Source: Eledone cirrhosa
Taxonomy: Eukaryota
Assembly (NCBI GenBank): GCA_964016885.1
Contig: OZ024740.1
Span: forward strand, 10,974,001-11,038,000
DNA: 64,000 nucleotides
Direction: 5' to 3'
In this document: positions 14,078 to 24,961 of the stretch, one piece after another
How the letters are laid out: each line of letters opens with the position of its first letter
Position numbering within the stretch: position 1 is the first letter of the stretch
Notes under the pieces: generated by a model
Seen by the model: only the letters and a program-made list of their open reading frames with translations
Told to the model about the DNA's origin: nothing
Database searches by the model: none
Program-made: the position numbers and the translations under genes

Positions 14078-15257
14078 TGTGGTTAGAAAAAGCTTTCTCA
14101 CTTACCACTTTTCATAGGCGCCACTAAATCCCAAGGCTGGTTTCTCCTCTTCCGCGTGCGTCCAACTCATTAACACCCGGGAGCTGCCAAGCTCACGTCT
14201 ACACCGTTCCTGGTCACCACTAAAGAGAGACCGATCTGCTGGCCCTTCCGGTCGAGCACCCTTCCGGCCAAGCACCCTTCCGGTCAAGCACTCTTCCGGT
14301 CGAGCACTCCCCAGCTTCCGACCACCGTACCATACCCACACGCCCCCCCCCCCCTGATCTCAAGGATCAATTTCCCCCTCGTCCTTCTGCATATGAAATT
14401 CTGCTGTCCAGGTTGGTGGTTTGCGACTTCTTTGCGATCTCCGCAGTGTTGGGGCGGCACTTTGGGTTTCCTCTTCCTCGGAGTCCGTTGACACAGTGAT
14501 TCTATGGACATCCAGGACATGACGTGGTACTCCGTCCACGGACACATTGTTCTGGGAATTTACGGCCGTCACCGTTCCATCTAATTCTTGCCAGCTTAGC
14601 AAAAGCGGCTAATGGTCCCTCTGCGAACGCTTCCATCATGCGCCTCTCAATCTTTTGCGCATCCCTTTGGCTGTGTTCATCTAACTCAAGGAAGAGTACC
14701 AACGCGTCCCCCTTGAGGTACAGTGCCATGAGGCCAGCCACATCTTCTATCTTCTGTAAGCTTGCGACCAGCCGGACTTTTCGCAGCCAAGCAACAACAT
14801 CGCCTTCACCGGTAAATGCCCTAATTGCTTCGCTCATTCGTAGTCTCGTCGCCATATCTTAATTTGTCTTGCGGTACGTAATAAAAATAAAAAAAACAGA
14901 CTCCTCTCTGTTTTTCCAGTAGCTTTGTTTTCAGGAAAGTTTTTTTTTTTTTTCAATCAGATCTCAGTTTCCAGTGCCGAAATAGCTTGTGGTTAGAAAA
15001 AGCTATCTCACTTACCGCTTTTCATAGGCGCCGCTAAATCCCAAGGCTGGTTTCTCCTCTTCCACGTGCGTCCAACTCATTAACACCTGGGAGCTGCCAA
15101 GCTCGCGTCCATACCGTTCCTGGTCACCACTAAAGAGAGACCGATTTGCTGGCCCTTCCGGTCGAGCACCCTTCCAGCCAAGCACCCTTCCGGTCAAGCA
15201 CTCTTCCGGTCGAGCACTCCCCAGCTTCCGGCCACCGCACACTGCACCATACCCACA
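14078..15257 (-). mobile_element. Internally deleted (non-autonomous) Ty3/Gypsy-like LTR retrotransposon, 1180 bp, 5-bp TSD ACATG
   Basis: Two direct repeats 14988-15257 and 14078-14340 with TGTGG...CCACA termini. TSD at 15258-15262 and 14073-14077; G-run PPT immediately before the 3' LTR. A gag N-terminus (MATRLRMSEAIRAFTGEGDVVAWL, from 14855) is fused to an integrase-tail remnant (GTVTAVNSQNNVSVDG..RH...LRRSQRSRKPPTW). Confidence 0.92.
14976..14987 (-). promoter_or_regulatory. Primer-binding site AGCTATTTCGGC, complementary to nt 1-12 of tRNA-Phe(GAA)
   Basis: Directly abuts the 5' LTR end (..ACCACA|AGCTATTTCGGC). The plus strand reads GCCGAAATAGCT, the 5' end of metazoan cytosolic tRNA-Phe (GCCGAAAUAGCUCAG...). 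Confidence 0.8.
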
Positions 15258-15393
15258 CATGTATCCATTTTCTTTGATTTTAGTTTCAATAAAGTTTCAA
15301 AGAACTTTATTGAAATGAGTATTGTTGAACTAATATCTAATACCAGGTGAATATATAGTAATATTCTGTTGATATTTTTTTTTTCTTTTTCAG

Positions 15394-15527
15394 GTGATTA
15401 TTTTATGAACTTTAACTGTATTAAACATCTGCCAAATGAATTGCAACTGTCTAATAAAGCATTGGTCTTTCATAAGATCAATTACCTGACACCTACTGGA
15501 GTTCTTGATCAATGCTATAAGATGTAA
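15394..15527 (+). CDS. Terminal coding exon of the plus-strand host gene
   Basis: Strong acceptor (long T tract + cag|GT); phase 1 matches the 7840 donor; (G)DYFMNFNCIKHLPNELQLSNKALVFHKINYLTPTGVLDQCYKM-TAA. Confidence 0.75.
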
Positions 15528-15823
15528 GATATAAGAATGAAGCTTTAATCTAAGACAAAAACATTCACTATTATTTAGAATTTGATAAGTGCCTCTAATA
15601 GAGATATATTGGATGTATACTATCACTGATTATAGATTCAGATATTACATTAATTTGATTTAAACTCATGCAGTTGATTTACTGAGACTCTACTGAAATC
15701 TTATGAGTTGATCATCCACACAGAACTGTTACACTTGCTTCAACAAACATATGGTTACACATTATTGTACCAAGTAAAACTGAAGTCACAATATAAACTA
15801 GTCAATCTTTTTTCCAATTTACC

Positions 15824-15829
15824 AATAAA
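15824..15829 (+). terminator. Candidate polyadenylation signal AATAAA of the plus-strand gene
   Basis: AATAAA ~300 nt after the TAA at 15527. Confidence 0.45.
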
Positions 15830-15844
15830 TAAGTTTTTTGAAAT

Positions 15845-16265
15845 CATCGTATAGAGTTGTTGATATTGTTTTTTGCTGTTCTCTCCAGTGATCTCTGTCC
15901 TTCATCATGTCCCGTATCTCTCTGAGACTAGTGTTTGTCCTAAAGACATCAACATATATCATCCCTGGTCTCCCTCTTCTAGTGTGTCCATGTAGGGGCT
16001 CCCACAGCTTTTAGGAGCTGACTTTTAGGAGGCTCCCGTACAGCTCTGAATTCTTCATCCTCAGTGTATACTGATTAATGTTCAGAGCCAACCTCAGTTT
16101 CCTCATGTAGCACCCAGTCACCATCTGAGTGAGTCTCTTGGTCAGTGTCCAAGTCTCAGACCCGTACAGCAGCACAGACTCTACTGTAGCAATGAAGAGA
16201 CAGATCTTCAGGTTTTTCCAAAAGTCCAACTTCCACACCGATCCCAAAACTGACACACCACCCAA
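15845..16265 (-). mobile_element. RTE-like LINE RT C-terminal fragment
   Basis: LKICLFIATVESVLLYGSETWTLTKRL...CYMRKLRLALNI carries the LLYGSETW motif. Confidence 0.75.
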
Positions 16266-17076
16266 GCTTTGTTCTTCCTCTCCACTACATCATCCTGTGT
16301 TCCTAATCTTCGCAGGAAGTCCTCAACCAACTCTAGCGGCTTCCTGCCCACATTCGTAATCTTCTCTGGCTTCTTAATGTTCTCCACCAGAGAATATATA
16401 AAAATCAAGCAAACAAAAAATGAATGGCCAAGAGGATGCAATAACGTGAAGTGTTTTAGTTTCATGCTTGGAGAAAGAAGAGTGAGGTACAAAGTCAACG
16501 TATTGGGTGAAACACAAAAGTAAAAGTGTAAAGAAAAGAAAAAAGTGTTAAAATAAAAATGAGAGAGGAAGGACAGCAGTGGTGGGTGGGGGAGTGGTCT
16601 GGCATGCTGGTGTGGAGGTCAGGGTGAGGGTGGCAGACATGCAGTAAGTGGGTGTGTGTTAGTGGGGTGCATATAGTGGGTGTTTAATGTATTGTTGGTG
16701 GAGGTGTATGTGTGTAAATGTGTGTACACACATAAACACATGCACACACCTGTGTCTCTGTGCATGTGTCTATGATAGTATGTGTGTTTAGCAGAGATGT
16801 GTGGTTGCATGTATATGTGCAAGTGTGTGTGTGTGTGTATGTGCAAACCCCCCCCCTCCACCTTACCTTTCCAAAGAATGATCTTCCATCTCTTCTGCAA
16901 CCTCCTGTCAGACCCCTCCACCTCCTCCATTTCCACCTCCCACCCTCACCTCCTTCAAGTGCACACGCAACCTCCATAATCTCCTTATCTGCAGTTTTTC
17001 TTTCCAATACTTTACCCCTTGGTCACAACTTTACCCCTACCTATCACCTTTACCACACATATATATATATATATAT

Positions 17077-18950
17077 CATCATCATCGTTTAACGTCCATC
17101 TTCCATGGTAGCATGGGTTACATGGGAATTGTCCCACTTTAGGAAAGATTGATTGGGTGACCATGTCTCGCTCGTATAGGACTGCCTGGCATGTTTTCTA
17201 CGGATGGATGCCCTTCCTAACACCAACCACTTTACAGCGTGGACTGGGTGCTTTTTGTCATGACACCTACACGACCTCATTAGTTTGGACTGGGTGTTGT
17301 GGTACCAACATAACTTTACAGAGAAAGGGTGGTGTTGGTGGGAGTGGGAGCGTGGGGTAGGGGTAGTGGGTTGGGGTGTATTTTTGGTTAAGAGGTGCCT
17401 ACTGACTGTAGGTTTCGCTTTGTACGTAGGCAAGGCAGGTCTTCTGTATTACTGCGTGGCGCCAAAGATCTCGGTCCAGTGACATTGTCTTAGAGAGTTG
17501 CAAGTGTCTAAGGTCATAATTTATCAAGTCGTCCCAGGTTTTTCTGGGTCTGCCTACACCGTAGCTTCCATCTATTTTGATCGCCCTGCACTTTTTTATA
17601 CAGCTGTCGTATTTCATGCACATCACGTGACCATACCGACATAGTCTTCTCTCAAGTAAACAGCATCTGATCCCTCTTATTCTTAATTTCTCACTTAGTT
17701 CATTTATATTTTGCCGTTCGTGTATATTACTATTACACATCCAACGGAGCATGTATGCTTCGTTCCGTTCCAGTCTGCGCAGGTCCTCTTCACACAATGC
17801 CCATGTCTCACTGCCATGTAACATTTCTGTTCGTATACAAGTATCATACAATCTGCCTTTCCTTTTTAGAGAGAAACCTTTTGTGGCCAACATCGGTATA
17901 AGCTCTCTGAACTTTTTCCATCCCGTTCTGACTCTGGCTACTGTACTTTCAGAGCGTACTCCACCACTGTTAATTTTATCACCCAGGTAATGGAAAGTGT
18001 CCACTATTTCTATAGAACCATATGGGCAATAAAAAGAGCTAGTATCCTGTGGGCACTTGCTACTTATTGCACTTGAGCATCGGCCACATATAAAATCTAT
18101 GTTCTTAGATAGCTTACCTGTGATCCCACTACATCTTTTATGTACCCATACTTTGCATTTGGGACGTAAAATGGAATTTCTGCCTACTCCTTTCCTACAC
18201 ACTGAGCATGGCCATTTCCCAGAGGGCACCTGTGCCCTATTTTCCTTTCTACATACTAGAACTTTAGTCTTAGACAAGTTAACTTTAAGGCCTTTTGATT
18301 CTAGGCCAGGCTTCCATGTTTGGAATTTCTTCTCTAGTTCAGCCATTGATTCAGCTATAAGAGTTAGATCATCTGCGTATAGAAGTTCCCATGGGCAGCC
18401 GGTCTTGAACTCCTCTGTTATAGCCTGAAGGGCAATAATAAATAGTAGGGGGCTAAGAACGGAGCCCTGATGAACACCAACTTTTACGCTAAACTCTTCA
18501 CTATATTCGTTGTTAATTCTAACCTTGCTGACTGTTTCTTTATACATGGCTTGTATAGCTCTCACACGCCATTCATCTACACCTAGTTTTCTAAGAGCCC
18601 ACCAGATAATGGAGCGGGGACTCTGTCAAAGGCTTTCTCCAAGTCAACAAAAGCTAAGTAGAGGGGTTTACTTTTAGCTAGGTACTTCTCCTGTAGTTGC
18701 TGTACAAGGAAAAGAGCGTCTGTGGTACATTTACCTGGCACAAACTAAACTGCATTTCATCTAGATCAATTTAGTCTCTAATTAGTTGTGCAATAACTCT
18801 TTCTGTGACCTTCATGACCTGGTCAACTAACTTAATGCCTCTATAGGTTCCCCTATCTAGAGCATTTCTTTTGCTCTTGTAGCAGTTAACGATGATGTTG
18901 CGATGCCAGTCACTTGGTATGACCCCATTCTGTATTACTTGGTTTACTAT
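17077..18950 (-). mobile_element. 5'-truncated RTE-clade LINE with (GAT)n tail
   Basis: RT motifs FVDLEKAF, GVHQGSVLSPLLF, LLYADDL, Cys-rich insert, LHGSETW, GRPRKTW; tail appears as catcatcatc at ~17077-17086. Confidence 0.92.
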
Positions 18951-19084
18951 TTACGATTGCCTAGCAGCTAAATGCTTAGAAATTCCTCCACCTACCTCCT
19001 GACTTACTTGTCTCCCTTCACCAAAAGGATGGTGTATTACGCAGCATTACTATTAAATTACAAGATATTATATTTCTATTTATA

Positions 19085-21330
19085 CAAAGTCAGCAACATG
19101 TGACTAAAAGATTGTTGAGTCAGCAAATAATTATTCGAAAATAGGCGGGAAAAAAATGCAGACGTGGCAGAAATAATTACTATAAATACAGACAAATAAG
19201 AGTTTGGATCGCAGACGATATCAACACGCAGAAGAGAACAGTGCTATCCCATACAAAGAAATAAGACCTAATTAGCAATAATTGTTTCTACTTTAGGCAC
19301 AAGGCCAGCAAATACCCAGTGCATTACTGGTACTTTATTTTATCGACCCCATAAGGATGAAAGGCAAAGTTAACCTCGGCGGGATTTGAACTCAGAATGG
19401 CAAGGGCCTGTAACTCTATGCGTCAAATCATGGTGTCCGACCCTCTACCGATACTGCCAATTCACCATTAGCAATAATGAATTACGAAGACTTAAAAAAA
19501 AGTTATGCAGGAATGTTAAATGAGCTTTCAGTAAGTGATGCTATTACATTTACTATATTATAACTATTGTCGACCTTATACGACAGACTTCAGTAAGAAG
19601 CTAATTAATAATTTAGATGACTGCTGCAGAGAATATTGACTACGGACGTAATGACATATCAGTAGAAGAAGCTGATCATAAACTATTAGATTGCACCAAA
19701 AAATCGACGAGGTAGCATTGTTCATAGTTAACACTGCTATAAAAGTAAAGGGGATACTAATGCCACAAGCTAACAAAAACGTAAGGTAGAAGACACTCAA
19801 GCAACCAAAAATCAAGACGAACTAACTTGCGACATTTCAGACAGAGAATTAGTTGAAGTATTTCAAACACAAGACAGCGGAGTAGGCATTTCACAAGAAA
19901 GTAGCAATATGGGGGAACATAGGGCCGGCTGCAGGGGGATCAGTACAGCAGTTGGAGATTCACCACCATCGACTGGTCACATCAATCCTATGGTATGGTC
20001 CAGGGGGATCAGTACAGCAGTTGGAGATTCACCACCATCGACTGGTCACATCAATCCTATAGTTAACAAAAAGTTTTCACGCACATTCGTACATTACATA
20101 AATGCATTCGATAGACCTTTCGACACTGCATTCTATAAAACGGCAGACGAGGAATTCCTCTACTAAAGAATTGCTCATTGTCTATGCGGCATACCATATA
20201 CAGATCTAAAAGCAAGCATGACACTTGTGGAAATACAAACGTATTTAATGCCATGCAACAATTTCAGAGTTAAATCAGTAGGTTACAAAATATCAAATAT
20301 AGTAACGTTATCAGACTAGGAACAGTTCAAAATACTACTACAACTACCGACAACTTTCAATACAAGACCGTGGCTAACAACTTACATAGACAACAAGTAC
20401 GCATTATTTCCAAATGCAACATATAAGACAATAGGAATAAACGACAACTTCAAACATAACCTACGAATTAGTAGAGAAGAGGGAACGTTAAAACATATGG
20501 ACACGACTAGGAAATGTAGAAAAGACTGGTGTATGGCAACATACAAAGACGCCAACAGATACAGAACAAGAAATGAATGCAGAAGAGATACTTTCTTACT
20601 TCAATACTGGTGCATGGAAACCGATTTATGCTGGTGATACTTGGGTTAACCGGAGTTCAAGTTGGTTTAGCATGATGGGCTATTCTGCATTCAATGCAAC
20701 ATTTAAGCCACCAACTGTTAAATACACCAATGGCTTACCATCAGAAATTAATACATATTCAGGGGCACAAAAATCACAATGGGCACCTACGAAAGACGGC
20801 AAATGGTCAACTGATATGAAATGGTCATCAGAAGAAAACACTGGAAGGTCACCTCTAACACAATTTCCTATAAATCATTCTAATCCACCACCAGTAACGT
20901 GCTTAGATGCTATATCTATTCTAGACTCACAAAATCAGTTAGCTAAAATTACTTTCATGTTCACAATAACATACGCATCTGACATAGACTTCGAATACAT
21001 ATCTGGTTGTCCACAATACTTTGGGTGGTTAGCAAGGGGTAAAGAAAACACTATATTACACAACTCAGCATTCACAAATCTATGTAAATGGCCACAAGGT
21101 TTATGTAATTACGAGATAACTAGAGTTAATCACACCAGACAAGCTCTACGTTAACGTAATATTAACAGACTTTCTATAAATTTACAGACACTTCATCATA
21201 AACTTTATATGCTCATATACCGACGTATAAACGACTGAATCTGAACCGTTAGATGATTCGTGTGAAATCACAGTGAAACATAGAAAAACATACGACCACA
21301 AAAAGAATCTGTACCAAATAAACACATTCT
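19085..21330 (+). pseudogene. Endogenous parvovirus-like element: decayed VP1 gene (PLA2 domain plus jelly-roll capsid)
   Basis: Manual translation across frameshifts gives YNYCRPYT...INNLDDCCRE[HD lost]IDYG...ADHKLL (PLA2), a KRK basic motif, IPYTDLKASM..E...FRVKSVGYKISNI...YIDNKYALFP (cf. AAV FRPKRLNFKLFNI...FTDSEYQLPY) and HSNPPPVTCLD (cf. KHPPPQILIK). AATAAA at 21317. Boundaries approximate. Confidence 0.8.
19283..19466 (-). mobile_element. tRNA-derived SINE with 12-bp TSD (ATTAGCAATAAT)
   Basis: Minus strand has an A-box-like TGGCAGTATCGG and B box GAGTTCAAATCC; TSD at 19271-19282 and 19467-19478. Related copies at ~28845-28905, 43881-43945, 59845-59990, 60435-60620. Confidence 0.88.
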
Positions 21331-21365
21331 CACGCACACACACACGTACACGTATATATGTGTCG

Positions 21366-21417
21366 GGTTTCCTGATGATTTCTATACGAATGAAACAGTT
21401 CTAGTCCTGTAGATGCC
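21366..21417 (+). ncRNA. Type I minimal hammerhead ribozyme motif in a Penelope-like pLTR
   Basis: CTGATGA (21372-78), stem II ttc/gaa, GAAAC (21392-96), stem III ACAG/CTGT, GTA cleavage triplet (21409-11), stem I ggtttc/gatgcc; adjacent to a GIY-YIG ORF. Confidence 0.65.
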
Positions 21418-21513
21418 ATTTCTATATTAAATATTTACACTTTGCTATGTATTGAGTACCTTACTTACTGTGGTTACTCCCGATTGAACCCGGGATAAAC
21501 ATACATATATATA

Positions 21514-21903
21514 TGCGGAAGAAGCTGTGACACATGCCTAGACCTAACTGAAGGACAAACATTCACATTTAAAGATGGCCCAACTTTCACAGTGAAAAAC
21601 AACTTCACTTGCAACTCGGAGAACCTGATCTATGTAATCACATGCGGTGGCTGTCGACATAATTATATAGGACAGACGGGTTTGTCATTACGCAAAAGAA
21701 TGACCATCCACCGCCAACAAATCCGAGACATAAACACAAGAAAAATCCCCTTAAGTAGCTGCATTGCAGATTGTGTAGGAATGACTCTACCTAACTTTAA
21801 AATCTTCCTCCTTTACAAGTGCCCTGATTCTTTCACTCAACAACAAAGAATAAATAAAGAAAAACTATTTATTAACAAATTTAAACCAAAATTAAATATG
21901 TAA
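21514..21903 (+). mobile_element. Penelope-like element 3' fragment encoding a GIY-YIG endonuclease
   Basis: CGRSCDTC...FTCNSENLIYVITCGGCRHNYIGQTGLSLRKRMTIH...KEKLFINKFKPKLN matches the PLE GIY-YIG pattern. Confidence 0.9.
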
Positions 21904-22249
21904 TCACCCGCATTAGATGCTCTCTCTCTCTCTCCCACATACACACACTATGAAATAAGAGAAAAAAATGCTCATACACATATTTTCCAAAAATTCCTGA
22001 TTGAAAGTCCCTACTGATGCTTTGCTCTTTTTTTTTTATTTCCTACCACAAAGGGACCTGTGACAGACAGACTGAACCCCCCCCCCCCCCCCCACACACA
22101 GGTGTGTGTGTGTGTTTTATATATACACGTTTTCACACATACACAGACTCTCTAAAACCATATTCCAAAAATAGAATTTCTTTTACAACCCTACTGTTGC
22201 CAATGCCACAGCATGTGTCTCTAGCTTCCCCCCCCCCCTGACCAGTCTA

Positions 22250-22424
22250 TTACACAGTTGAGACACGTGTTTACACAGTTGAGACACGTGTTTACACAGT
22301 TGAGACACGTGTTTACACAGTTGAGACACACGTGTACACAGTTGAGACACGTGTTTACACAGTTGAGACACGTGTTTACACAGTTGAGACACACGTGTAC
22401 ACAGTTGAGACACACGTGTACACA
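22250..22424. repeat. 21-bp tandem repeat (TTACACAGTTGAGACACGTGT), ~8 units
   Basis: Visible periodicity; each unit contains CACGTG and CAGTTG. Confidence 0.93.
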
Positions 22425-22470
22425 AGATTGTCTTTGTCCCTAAAACAATTTTGTTCTGTGAAGAAACACA

Positions 22471-22606
22471 ACTACTACCACTGCTACTACTACTACTACC
22501 ACCACTGCTGCTACTACTACCACCACCACTGCTGCTACTACTACCACCACCACTGCTGCTACTACTACCACCACCACTGCTGCTACTACTACCACCACCA
22601 CTGCTG

Positions 22607-22640
<34 letters not shown>

Positions 22641-22714
22641 CACCACTGCTGCTACTACTACCACCACCACTGCTGCTACTACTACCACTGCTACTACTAC
22701 CACCACCACTGCTG

Positions 22715-22745
<31 letters not shown>

Positions 22746-24240
22746 CACCACTGCTGCTACTACTACTACCACCACTGCTGCTACTACTACTACCACCACC
22801 ACTGCTACTACTACCACTGCTGCTACTACTACCACCACCACTGCTGCTACTACTACCACCACCACTGCTACTACTACCACTGCTGCTACTACCACCACCA
22901 CCACTGCTGCTACTACTACCACTGCTGCTACTACCACCACCACTGCTGCTACTACTACTACCACCACCACTGCTGCTACTACCACCACCACTGCTGCTAC
23001 TACCACCACCACTGCTGCTACTACTACTACCACCACCACCACTGCTACTACTACCACTGCTGCTACTACTACCACCACCACTGCTGCTACTACTACCACT
23101 GCTGCTACTACCACCACCACTGCTGCTACTATTACTACCACCACCACTGCTGCTACTACCACCACCACTGCTGCTACTACCACCACCACTGCTGCTACTA
23201 CTACCACCACCACCACTGCTACTACTACCACTGCTGCTACTACTACCACCACCACTGCTGCTACTACTACCACCACCACTGCTACTACTACCACTGCTGC
23301 TACTACTACCACCACCACTGCTGCTACTACTACCACCACCACTGCTACTACTACCACTGCTGCTACTACCACCACCACCACTGCTGCTACTACTACCACT
23401 GCTGCTACTACCACCACCACTGCTGCTACTACTACTACCACCACCACTGCTGCTACTACCACCACCACTGCTGCTACTACCACCACCACTGCTGCTACTA
23501 CTACTACCACCACCACCACTGCTACTACTACCACTGCTGCTACTACTACCACCACCACTGCTGCTACTACTACCACTGCTGCTACTACCACCACCACTGC
23601 TGCTACTATTACTACCACCACCACTGCTGCTACTACCACCACCACTGCTGCTACTACCACCACCACTGCTGCTACTACTACCACCACCACCACTGCTACT
23701 ACTACCACTGCTGCTACTACCACCACCACCACTGCTGCTACTACTACCACTGCTGCTACTACCACCACCACTGCTGCTACTACTACTACCACCACCACTG
23801 CTGCTACTACCACCACCACTGCTACTACTACCACCACCACTGCTACTACTACCACCACCACTGCTGCTACTACTACCACCACCACTGCTACTACCACCAC
23901 CACCACTGCTACTACTACCACCACCACTCCTGCTACTACTACTACCACCACCACTACTGCTACTACTACCACTGCTGCTACTACTACCACCACCACTGCT
24001 GCTACTACTACTACCACCACCACTACTGCTACTACCACTGCTACTACTACTACCACCACTACTGCTACTACTACTACCACCACCACTGCTACTACTACTA
24101 CCACCACCACTACTGCTACTACTACCACTGCTGCTACTACTACTACCACCACCACTACTGCTACTACTACTACCACCACCACTACTGCTACTACTACCAC
24201 TGCTGCTACTACTACCACCACCACTGCTGCTACTACCACC
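22471..24240. repeat. Compound trinucleotide repeat (CTA/CCA/CTG)
   Basis: Visible directly; generates the poly-S/G, L/P, V/A and C/Y/H pseudo-ORFs. Confidence 0.97.
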
Positions 24241-24292
24241 TGTCTCTCTATACACAAGAGTTCATTTTCCAGTTTCCTTCTCAACAAGGTTT

Positions 24293-24961
24293 ACATCACT
24301 GATGCCCTTCTCCTCCGTTACCCCTGTACATCACTGATGCCCTTCTCCTCCGTTACCCCTGTACATCACTGATGCCCTTCCCCTCCGTTACCCCTGTACA
24401 TCACTGATGCTCTTCCCCTCCGTTACCCCTGTACATCACTGATGCTCTTCCCCTCCGTTACCCCTGTACATCACTGATGCCCTTCCCCTCCGTTACCCCT
24501 GTACATCACTGATGCCCTTCCCCTCCGTTACCCCTGTACATCACTGATGCCCTTCCCCTCCGTTACCCCTGTACATCACTGATGCCCTTCCCCTCCGTTA
24601 CCCCTGTACATCACTGATGCCCTTCCCCTCCGTTACCCCTGTACATCACTGATGCCCTTCCCCTCCGTTACCCCTGTACATCACTGATGCTCTTCCCCTC
24701 CGTTACCCCTGTACATCACTGATGCTCTTCCCCTCCGTTACCCCTGTACATCACTGATGCCCTTCCCCTCCGTTACCCCTGTACATCACTGATGCCCTTC
24801 CCCTCCGTTACCCCTGTACATCACTGATGCTCTTCCCCTCCGTTACCCCTGTACATCACTGATGCCCTTCCCCTCCGTTACCCCTGTACATCACTGATGC
24901 TCTTCCCCTCCGTTACCCCTGTACATCACTGATGCTCTTCCCCTCCATTACCCCTGCACAT
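24293..24961. repeat. 35-bp tandem repeat (ACATCACTGATGCCCTTCCCCTCCGTTACCCCTGT), ~19 units
   Basis: Visible periodicity. Confidence 0.96.

Noticed and set aside
15222-15235. Tf1-type self-priming using GCCGGAAGCT in the LTR
   Set aside because: Only a gapped partial complement to the PBS, versus a 12/12 match to tRNA-Phe; not fully excluded without TSS mapping.
8290-15257. Simple inverted segmental duplication explaining both LINE loci
   Set aside because: The 3' flanks are much more diverged than the LINE bodies, the host genes differ, and the 5' structures differ.
15284-15315. 13-bp AT-rich inverted repeat next to the LTR insertion
   Set aside because: Short and AT-rich; no supporting evidence of function.
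19283-19466. tRNA gene
   Set aside because: A/B-box-like motifs are present, but there is no cloverleaf, it is multi-copy with a shared body, and it has a TSD: a SINE.
22183-24337. 600-690-aa Ser/Gly, Leu/Pro, Val/Ala and Cys/Tyr/His ORFs (loricrin- or silk-like)
   Set aside because: A trinucleotide repeat open in several frames at once; no evidence of exon structure.
24293-24961. CRISPR-like appearance of the 35-bp repeats (also the 45- and 48-bp arrays)
   Set aside because: Head-to-tail units with no unique spacers, no cas genes, and a eukaryotic context.
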